Shown piece after piece: positions 1 to 6,928 of a DNA stretch of 59,320 bases (position 1 is its first letter; the number at the start of each line of letters is the position of its first letter). The translations under genes were made by a program, and so were the position numbers. This stretch comes from an uncultured bacterium (lineage in GTDB: Bacteria; Fidelibacterota; UBA2242), in the NCBI GenBank assembly GCA_964485475.1, contig CAZAKB010000001.1, forward strand, positions 1-59,320, in the 5' to 3' direction. Under the pieces are notes generated by a model. That model saw nothing but the letters and a program-made list of their open reading frames with translations. It searched no databases and was not told the origin of the DNA.

Positions 1-80
1 AGGTAAGTTCTGGTTACTATTTTTATGTGATGGATTCTGATAATTTCCACAAAACACAAAAAATGCTGTTACTGAAATAG
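1..80 (+). CDS. 3' end of a gene truncated by the window edge. It encodes the last 25 aa of a T9SS-type C-terminal sorting domain.
   Basis: Frame 3 reads VSSGYYFYVMDSDNFHKTQKMLLLK*. This matches the ends of six other CTD proteins in the window (G-[IVL]-Y-F ... K-M-[IL]-L-L-K stop). Confidence 0.6.
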   Translation, partial: VSSGYYFYVMDSDNFHKTQKMLLLK

Positions 81-94
81 CAAAATGGTTCTTG

Positions 95-125
95 AAAAAA
101 GGCTGCCTTCGGGCAGCCTTTTTTT
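95..125 (+). terminator. Rho-independent terminator
   Basis: A-tract, then GGCTGCC (101-107), TTCG loop, GGCAGCC (112-118), then TTTTTTT (119-125). It sits directly after the stop at 78-80. Confidence 0.85.
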
Positions 126-239
126 ATCTTTTTCAGGAAAATGAAATAGTCAAATTAAGATAAAATATTGTTTCGTCATTTATTGTGAATATTTAAATGT
201 ACATAAGCAAAATATCATTGATTTCAGCGAACATTTTTA

Positions 240-300
240 TTGACTTTTTAGGCATTATTCTGCAAACTTAACCGGAATTAATATTTATGAATTAATATTC
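240..300 (+). promoter_or_regulatory. Conserved promoter/operator block, copy 1, upstream of the GDPD operon
   Basis: TTGACT (240-245), 17 nt, CAAACT (263-268), 6 nt, then GAATTAATATTTATGAATTAATATTC (275-300). The same 61-bp geometry recurs at 6739-6799. The 26-mer contains a 14-bp-spaced direct repeat of GAATTAATATT. Confidence 0.55.
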
Positions 301-372
301 AGTTCTTTTAAATGTTGGGTTTTTTAATAATATTCACAAATTACCCAAAACCACTGAATAAGGAATTTCAAA

Positions 373-1263
373 ATGAGATTGATACATATGGCAAGTTTAA
401 TTGTTCTGATGTTTATGGGATGTTCAAATAAAGTTGAACAACCGATGGACTTTTATAATAAATTGAACATTCTGCCCATTCAGGCACATCGCGGGGGTGG
501 ATTGGCGTTACCGGAAAATACATTGGAAACATTTGAAACCACCTGGTCCTGGAATATAATCCCGGAAGCTGATATCCGCACTACCAGTGATGACATTATT
601 GTGTGTATGCATGATGATACTGTCGGCAGAGTTGCACCAGACGCTTCAGAGCAACTTAAAAAATTGAAGTTTGAAGAACTCGATTTAAAAACTGTTAAAT
701 CATTGGATGTAGGTAGTTACCGGGGAAAACCCGGAGAGCGGATTCCGACCCTTGAAGAGGTGTTTTCTGTCATGCAGGGACACCCTGAAAAATTGATGTA
801 TCTGGATTATAAACACATTGATATGGATCGTCTAGCGGCGTTAGTCCATAAATATCGACTTGAAAAACAGATTATTTTTACTACAAAAGAACATAATTTG
901 ATTATAGAATGGAAAAAACGAATACCGGAGTCCTTGACTATGATCTGGATTGGTGGCTCATTGCAGAATAAAAAGGACACATTTTCAGCTCTTCAGAAAA
1001 CAAAATTTGAAGGATTGACCACATTACAGATCCATGTAAAGTTGGATAAAAGCGGACAATTTACACCGAATGCTGAATATCTGAAGACCTGCCAATCTGA
1101 AGTTGAACAATACGGAGTACTTTTCCAGGTCTTACCGTGGAAAATTAATAATCCAGAAGTTTATCAAAAATTAATGGATATTGGAGTTCGTTCGTTTGCA
1201 ACAGATTATTCTGAAATGACCGTTTCTGTTTATAACAACTACTTAAAAAACCGGAAAAATTAA
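373..1263 (+). CDS. Glycerophosphodiester phosphodiesterase (GDPD family) lipoprotein
   Basis: Lipobox LMFMGC. GDPD catalytic motifs are AHRGG..LPENTLETFE and PEADIRTTSDD..VCMHDDT. It is about 55% identical by eye to the paralogue at 17715-18617. Confidence 0.85.
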   Translation: MRLIHMASLIVLMFMGCSNKVEQPMDFYNKLNILPIQAHRGGGLALPENTLETFETTWSWNIIPEADIRTTSDDIIVCMHDDTVGRVAPDASEQLKKLKFEELDLKTVKSLDVGSYRGKPGERIPTLEEVFSVMQGHPEKLMYLDYKHIDMDRLAALVHKYRLEKQIIFTTKEHNLIIEWKKRIPESLTMIWIGGSLQNKKDTFSALQKTKFEGLTTLQIHVKLDKSGQFTPNAEYLKTCQSEVEQYGVLFQVLPWKINNPEVYQKLMDIGVRSFATDYSEMTVSVYNNYLKNRKN

Positions 1264-1296
1264 AGATGACAAGGTGAAAATCAGGAGTATAACGAG

Positions 1297-2685
1297 GTGA
1301 TTTTACACGAAATAGAAACCGCTCAGCGTATTAATAATGCACTGAAAACGGCCGATACTACAAAATTGATTGAAATCGGTTCAGGCGCAATTCAAAAAAC
1401 AGGACCAGTATTTAAAAAGTGTTTCAACAATGCTCCAGCCATTATTATTGCAGATTCAAACACCTATAAAGCAGCGGGTAAGCTGGTTGAAAATAGTCTT
1501 AAATCGGGTGATATCGATCTTCAAAAAACATTTATAATGACCGATCCGGATTTGTATGCTGAAATAAAGTACATTGATCAATTAGTCAAACTGTTATCAG
1601 AAACAAATGCTATTGCGATTGCGGTTGGTTCCGGCACGATTAATGATCTGACAAAACTGGCTTCTTATCGCTGTGGCAGGCAATACATGTCCATTGCTAC
1701 GGCCGGGTCGGTTGATGGTTATACGGCATTTGGTGCATCGATTACCGAAAGGAGCTTCAAGCAGACGTTTTTTTGCCCTGCACCAATGGCAGTAATTGCA
1801 GATCTGGATGTGATCGCCGATGCACCTTTGGAAATGAACGCCTGGGGTTATGCCGACCTGTTGGCAAAAATTCCTGCCGGCGCGGATTGGATTATTGCGG
1901 ATGCCATTGGCGTAGAACCAATTGATAAAATATCATGGACACTGGTTCAGGGACCTCTTCGAAAATTAGTTTCTGATCCAACGGGAGTTAAGCACAAAAA
2001 TCATCAGGCACTGTGTTTTTTAATGGAAGGCCTGATCATGAGTGGCCTGGCAATGCAGCAGGCACAATCGTCACGACCGGCTTCAGGTGCAGAACATCAG
2101 TTCAGTCATCTCTGGGACAATCAACATCACAAGCACAATGGTCAAACACCTTCCCATGGATTTAAAGTTGCAATTGGATCACTGGCGTCTCTGGCATTGT
2201 ATGAAACCCTATTCGATCTTTGGGGAGATTCGACGAAGATTATGCTTAAAGATGTCCATTCTTACTGGAAAAATTTTTCTGATATTGAAAAAGAGATCCA
2301 CCATAAATTCCCGGATCCTGTTGAAGCAATGCTGGTAATTGAACAAAGCAGAGAGAAGTATATTGATTTCACTGATCTGGAAAAGCGGCTGATACGAGTA
2401 GCTGAAATATGGCCGGAATTAAAAGGTATGCTGGAACAACAGTTAATGGGATATTTGGAATTTAAAACAATGTTACAGCAGGTTGATGCTCCTATATCAC
2501 CGATGAATATCGGCATTGAATTAGGACGATTAAAAGAGAGTTATGGACTTGCCCAATTGATCCGGAAACGTTATACAATTCTGGATTTTGTGAAGGAACT
2601 CGGAATATTTGAGACCTGTGTAAATAATATATTTAACTCTGAAAAATACTGGAAATCTGAAACAGAACAACCGGGTAACCGATAA
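1297..2685 (+). CDS. sn-glycerol-1-phosphate dehydrogenase-like protein (Fe-ADH_2 / AraM-EgsA family), 462 aa
   Basis: GTG start 10 nt after AGGAG. Motifs are AVGSGTINDLTK (nucleotide loop), ATAGSVDGYTA, a D....AP....G.AD block and SGAEHQFSHLWD (metal-binding His pair), as in AraM/EgsA-type enzymes. It is longer than canonical enzymes of about 350-395 aa. Confidence 0.65.
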   Translation: MILHEIETAQRINNALKTADTTKLIEIGSGAIQKTGPVFKKCFNNAPAIIIADSNTYKAAGKLVENSLKSGDIDLQKTFIMTDPDLYAEIKYIDQLVKLLSETNAIAIAVGSGTINDLTKLASYRCGRQYMSIATAGSVDGYTAFGASITERSFKQTFFCPAPMAVIADLDVIADAPLEMNAWGYADLLAKIPAGADWIIADAIGVEPIDKISWTLVQGPLRKLVSDPTGVKHKNHQALCFLMEGLIMSGLAMQQAQSSRPASGAEHQFSHLWDNQHHKHNGQTPSHGFKVAIGSLASLALYETLFDLWGDSTKIMLKDVHSYWKNFSDIEKEIHHKFPDPVEAMLVIEQSREKYIDFTDLEKRLIRVAEIWPELKGMLEQQLMGYLEFKTMLQQVDAPISPMNIGIELGRLKESYGLAQLIRKRYTILDFVKELGIFETCVNNIFNSEKYWKSETEQPGNR

Positions 2686-2690
2686 CATAT

Positions 2691-3530
2691 ATGAGCAAAC
2701 AAGTGATTGATTTGGAGCAACTTTCGAAAATATGTCATATAGTCCTCGATATGGATGGGACTATTTATAATGGAAACAAACTGTTTGACTTCACACCTAA
2801 GTTTTTCAACACACTAAAAGAGTTGAATATCCATTATACATACCTGACCAATAATTCTTCCAGAAATGTTACCCAATACCTTGAAAAATTGCAGGGTATG
2901 GGACTCAAAGGTACAAAGGATAATATTTATACATCCTCTTTGTCAACGATAGATTATCTGGTATCTGAGCGTAAAGAAATCCGAAAACTGTATGTACTGG
3001 GTACAGAGGGTTTAAAATCTGAGTTTCGTGAATCCGGTTTTCAAGTGATAAACGATGAAAATGAAGAAGATCCTGATGCAGTTATTGTTGGTTTTGACAC
3101 ATCTCTGGACTTTGAACATTTATGTAAGGCCGGATACTGGATCAAGTTAGGGAAACCGTTTATTGCAACGCATCCGGATCGTATCTGCCCAACAGATCAG
3201 CCCACCTTACTTGTGGACTGTGGCGCTATTTGTGCCTCACTGGAATCAGCCACCGGCCGAGCTCCAGATAAAGTTTTGGGTAAACCCGATCCCGGTATGA
3301 TTTGGGGCATAATGGATCGTAATGGATTAAAAAAAGAGGAGGTTGCGATGGTTGGCGATCGTCTCTATACGGACATTGAAATGGCTCATCGGGCCGGGGT
3401 AATGGGGATTTTGGTATTATCCGGAGAGGCGACGCGGGATGATGCGAAAACCAGCACTACCCGACCGGATTTGATCGTTAAAAATATTGAAATTCTAGGG
3501 GAATTATTGATCGAAAGTCGCAACCAATGA
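2691..3530 (+). CDS. HAD-IIA family sugar-phosphate phosphatase (NagD/AraL-like)
   Basis: Motif I is VLDMDGTIY, motif II LTNNSS, and motif IV MVGDRLYTDI. At 279 aa it resembles B. subtilis AraL. Confidence 0.8.
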   Translation: MSKQVIDLEQLSKICHIVLDMDGTIYNGNKLFDFTPKFFNTLKELNIHYTYLTNNSSRNVTQYLEKLQGMGLKGTKDNIYTSSLSTIDYLVSERKEIRKLYVLGTEGLKSEFRESGFQVINDENEEDPDAVIVGFDTSLDFEHLCKAGYWIKLGKPFIATHPDRICPTDQPTLLVDCGAICASLESATGRAPDKVLGKPDPGMIWGIMDRNGLKKEEVAMVGDRLYTDIEMAHRAGVMGILVLSGEATRDDAKTSTTRPDLIVKNIEILGELLIESRNQ

Positions 3531-3572
3531 AAAAAGCCACATCTTCAGACTATGGAATACGGGAGTAATTAG

Positions 3573-4958
3573 ATGTTTTTAAGCAATATGTTCAGCTTTC
3601 TCAAAGTAGCACCGGATATACCCCGAATAGCCGACGACAGTGAGATGCGCAAACAGTACAAATATTGGCGTTTCAGGGTAATGTATGCAATGCTATTTGG
3701 CTATATTGGATTTTATTTTGTCAGAAAAAGTCTTGCAGTAGCGATGCCGGTCATCGAGCAGGAATTTAATATTCCGAAAGCGCATCTGGGATTAATTCTT
3801 ACGGCGTTTGGGGTAACCTATGGAATTTCAAAGTTTATCAACGGTTTTGCAGGAGATCGAACAAATCCACGGTATTTTATGGCTTTAGGATTGGTTTGTT
3901 CAGCGATTATTAATGTATTTTTCGGATTAAGTAGTGGAGTTATCGCCTTTGGCATTTTCTGGATTCTGAATGGCTGGTTCCAGGGCATGGGTTGGGCCCC
4001 TAATAGCCGCACATTGGTAAACTGGTATTCTGCCAAAGAAAGAGGAGTCAGGTTTTCAATAACAAATTCCGCTGTTTCGATTGGGGCTTCTGGGGTTGTA
4101 TTTTTGAATGGATTTTTAATTGTGCGGTATGGTTGGCGGTCCTGTTTTTTTGTACCAGCCGGAATAGCCGTACTGGCAGCATTATTTGTTTTAAATCGAC
4201 ATCGTGATCGGCCTCAGTCACTGGGTCTTCCTCCGGTTGAGGAATATATGGGTGAAGAGGCTGATATTACTGATACGGATGTGGGAAAAAGTATACCCTA
4301 TAAAGACATTGTAATGAAATATATTTTTAAAAATCCAGGAATGTGGATTGTCTGTCTTGCCAATCTTTTTTTATATGTTATTCGATATTCGGTTTTGGAT
4401 TGGGGAACAACGTTCTTGACGGAGAGCAAGGGGGCCGATATAACCCAGGCCGCCTGGATTGTCGGCGGTTATGAATTGGCCGGTCTTGCGGGAATGCTGG
4501 TAGGTGGATGGGCTATGGACAAGCTGTTTAAAGGCTATGGTGGCAGGACCTGTGCCATATATATGGCGTTATGCGGGATTTTTATTTTCCTTTTTTGGAG
4601 ATTGCCGATCCAGTCTGTTTATATCAATGGATTATTAATATGGGGGGCAGGTTTTATGATTTACGGGCCACAGTGCCTGGTAGCAGTAATTGCGGCCAAT
4701 ATGGTGCCGAAAAGTGCTGGCGCTGCCGCTATTGGATTAACAGGATTATTTGGCTATATGAGTACGGTGATTTCCGGCTGGGGACTAGGTGCAATTGTTG
4801 ATAGATATGGGTGGAATACCGGCTTTTTACTTTTGGTATTCTCGGCTGTTATTGCGATGATTTTATTTATTCTGTTATGGAATAGCAATCCCCATCTGCC
4901 TGGGACAAAGGCTTATGCAGAACATGGGAATAATAAACTTTCCGGCAGTGCAGCTTAA
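3573..4958 (+). CDS. glpT: MFS organophosphate:phosphate antiporter (GlpT/UhpT/UhpC family)
   Basis: It aligns by eye along its whole length with E. coli GlpT. Shared blocks are YFVRKS.AVAMP, GISKFI.G...DR.NPR, NGWFQGMGW.P, GLPP.EEY, LRY..LDWG.T.L, IYGPQ and GLTGLFGY. Substrate assignment is by context only. Confidence 0.8.
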   Translation: MFLSNMFSFLKVAPDIPRIADDSEMRKQYKYWRFRVMYAMLFGYIGFYFVRKSLAVAMPVIEQEFNIPKAHLGLILTAFGVTYGISKFINGFAGDRTNPRYFMALGLVCSAIINVFFGLSSGVIAFGIFWILNGWFQGMGWAPNSRTLVNWYSAKERGVRFSITNSAVSIGASGVVFLNGFLIVRYGWRSCFFVPAGIAVLAALFVLNRHRDRPQSLGLPPVEEYMGEEADITDTDVGKSIPYKDIVMKYIFKNPGMWIVCLANLFLYVIRYSVLDWGTTFLTESKGADITQAAWIVGGYELAGLAGMLVGGWAMDKLFKGYGGRTCAIYMALCGIFIFLFWRLPIQSVYINGLLIWGAGFMIYGPQCLVAVIAANMVPKSAGAAAIGLTGLFGYMSTVISGWGLGAIVDRYGWNTGFLLLVFSAVIAMILFILLWNSNPHLPGTKAYAEHGNNKLSGSAA

Positions 4959-5034
4959 TGAACGCGAAATAGTAAGTTTCTCTATTGCTAATTGAATTAA
5001 AATTAATGGATAAAATAGATATGGAAAAAGAAAG

Positions 5035-5487
5035 TTGAAAATAGCAATTGACTGTGACAACGCAGCCACTGACCTGAAAAAAGTGGTGTATGAATACCTG
5101 AGAGATTCAGGAGTAAATATTACCGATTTAAATTACAGTGCGGCAAAACCTGCCATGTATCCTGAAATTGGATATAATCTGGCGTTGAAGGTCCAAAAGG
5201 GTGAGTACGATCGGGGTATTCTGATCTGTGGTACCGGGCTTGGTATGGCAATAATTGCAAATAAAGTTGAAGGCGTTTACGCCGGAGTGTGTCACGATGT
5301 CTATTCCGCTGAACGTTTAATGAAAAGTAATAATGCCCAGGTATTAACAATGGGTGCGCGAGTGATTGGCGCTGAGTTGGCCAAGATGATTGTTGATGCC
5401 TGGTTAAATTCGGAATTCAGCGGTGGGCGATCACAGCCAAAGGTTGAAGAAATAAAAGACTTGGAACACCAGTCATTTCATTCCTGA
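5035..5487 (+). CDS. rpiB: Sugar-phosphate isomerase, RpiB/LacA/LacB family (ribose-5-phosphate isomerase B-like)
   Basis: A TTG start gives (M)KIAIDCDNAA. Family motifs are GILICGTGLGMAIIANK and GARVIG. The 150-aa length is typical. Confidence 0.8.
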   Translation: MKIAIDCDNAATDLKKVVYEYLRDSGVNITDLNYSAAKPAMYPEIGYNLALKVQKGEYDRGILICGTGLGMAIIANKVEGVYAGVCHDVYSAERLMKSNNAQVLTMGARVIGAELAKMIVDAWLNSEFSGGRSQPKVEEIKDLEHQSFHS

Positions 5488-5534
5488 AACGATACGGTTC
5501 CATTATCTCTCTTCTCGTTTCTCCTCTTCACAAA

Positions 5535-5581
5535 TTCTCTCAACATCCCAGTTTTACCAGGGTGTTGGGAGAATTTCTTTT
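5535..5581. terminator. Hairpin terminator between the convergent rpiB and SorC-family genes
   Basis: Arms 5535-5549 and 5560-5573 form 14 bp with one bulged T around a 10-nt loop. TTTCTTTT follows on the + strand. Confidence 0.6.
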
Positions 5582-5591
5582 ACAGACGATT

Positions 5592-6515
5592 TCAGGATAA
5601 TTCTAATAACGCTTTCGCACCGATATCATCGATGATTATCGAATTTATTAAATTACCTTTTATGGCAGCTGCGAGCGCTTCCGCGCGATTGGCTCCGCTG
5701 GTAACAGCAATTACCTGGGGAATCTTTTTCAACTGTTCCAGACTTACACCGATAACATGATTGCGATATTCCGTATCGCATTCTTCACCGGATTTGTTGA
5801 AAAAGTGGCCACATATTTCTCCAACAACGCCTTTTTGAATCAGGTAATTGATATCGTTTGTCTTAAGAAAATCCCGGTCATAAAACACAGAATTACCGTG
5901 CATACCCACTCCGACAAAAGCCAGATCGGCATTCCCGATCCGGGACAACACAAATTTTATTTGATCGTGAGAAACAAAGGCATCATGGGTGTGGCTATTG
6001 GTAGTAATTGCTGGTGCCTGAAGCCGTAAAAATTGACCATTCCAGCGCTTGGAAAGTTTCCGAGTGATCTCAATTGCATCATCCTCTTTAATGTGTGTAC
6101 TTATATCTCCCATAGCCTGAATAAATGTCACTCCTGGTTTGTTTCCCGAAGGAAACATATTGTCAGTCAGGCTGTTGATATGTCGGCCCGCTGCAACACA
6201 AATGGCAGAATTGGGTTGAATCATACAACTTACAATCGGACCGGCGAAATGACCCAAAGCACGTCGCCGATTTTCCTCAGAATGCCCGGGGGTTGTCTTA
6301 ATCACCACAACTGTGCCCAGATTATGGATTTTTTTAATTTTATCTTCAATTTCGTTGTCTCTGGGCGAAAAAGGTTTGACTGATATCTGGACGATACCAC
6401 GCTTGCGGGCTTCTTCCAATAAACGTGATACCGTTGCTTGCGAAATTCCGGCCAATTCCGAAACTTTGGCCTGTCCAAGACCCTCGAGATAATAAAGTGT
6501 TGATACTAAAAGCAA
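5592..6515 (-). CDS. SorC/DeoR-type sugar-binding transcriptional regulator
   Basis: N-terminal HTH: LYYLEGLGQAKVSELAGISQATVSRLLEEARKRGIVQI. The C-terminal sugar-phosphate binding domain contains AFVGVG and VGEICG. The start is uncertain: TTG at 6515 has no SD, and ATT at 6542 has a well-spaced GAGG. Confidence 0.8.
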   Translation of the reverse strand: MLLVSTLYYLEGLGQAKVSELAGISQATVSRLLEEARKRGIVQISVKPFSPRDNEIEDKIKKIHNLGTVVVIKTTPGHSEENRRRALGHFAGPIVSCMIQPNSAICVAAGRHINSLTDNMFPSGNKPGVTFIQAMGDISTHIKEDDAIEITRKLSKRWNGQFLRLQAPAITTNSHTHDAFVSHDQIKFVLSRIGNADLAFVGVGMHGNSVFYDRDFLKTNDINYLIQKGVVGEICGHFFNKSGEECDTEYRNHVIGVSLEQLKKIPQVIAVTSGANRAEALAAAIKGNLINSIIIDDIGAKALLELS

Positions 6516-6738
6516 TAAATCGTCGGATACATTAATCTTAATGGTTTACCTCACTTTAAAATGAACAGTTTCTTGATTCCCCTAGATCATCCTGACAGAA
6601 AAATAAGATATTTAGAATATTTATACAACTACAAAAAAACATATTATGAACATGTTCGTTGAAACAATAGTATTTTCTCCCAGATTTATTAATTTATCCA
6701 TGGGCAATAAAGAAAAAGATGGTTATATGAAAAACTTG

Positions 6739-6799
6739 TTGACTTTTACTTGCAAAGATTGCAAACTATGAAAGAATTAATATTTATGAATATATATTC
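6739..6799 (+). promoter_or_regulatory. Conserved promoter/operator block, copy 2, upstream of the TBDR operon
   Basis: TTGACT (6739-6744), 17 nt, CAAACT (6762-6767), 6 nt, then GAATTAATATTTATGAATATATATTC (6774-6799). The 26-mer matches copy 1 at 24 of 26 positions with identical spacing. Confidence 0.55.
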
Positions 6800-6928
6800 T
6801 ATACATTATCTCAGGTTATGCTAAAAAATAAAACACAAAAAATAAGCCAAACAAAAAACATCTCCCTAAATGATGATTTCAGGCTTTTACCATGTCAACT
6901 GATAATCATTTTATGAAAAGAATCCAGT

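Noticed and set aside
240-268. Calling TTGACT-17-CAAACT a definite sigma-70 promoter.
   Set aside because: The -35 hexamer is near-consensus, but CAAACT matches TATAAT at only 3 of 6 positions. The conservation of the block is real, but which part is the promoter and which the operator cannot be decided from sequence alone. It is reported as a regulatory block at moderate confidence.
5757-6383. Two + strand ORFs (90 and 116 aa) opposite the SorC-family regulator.
   Set aside because: The - strand frame encodes a full-length SorC/DeoR-type protein with an HTH and a sugar-binding domain. The + strand ORFs have no features.
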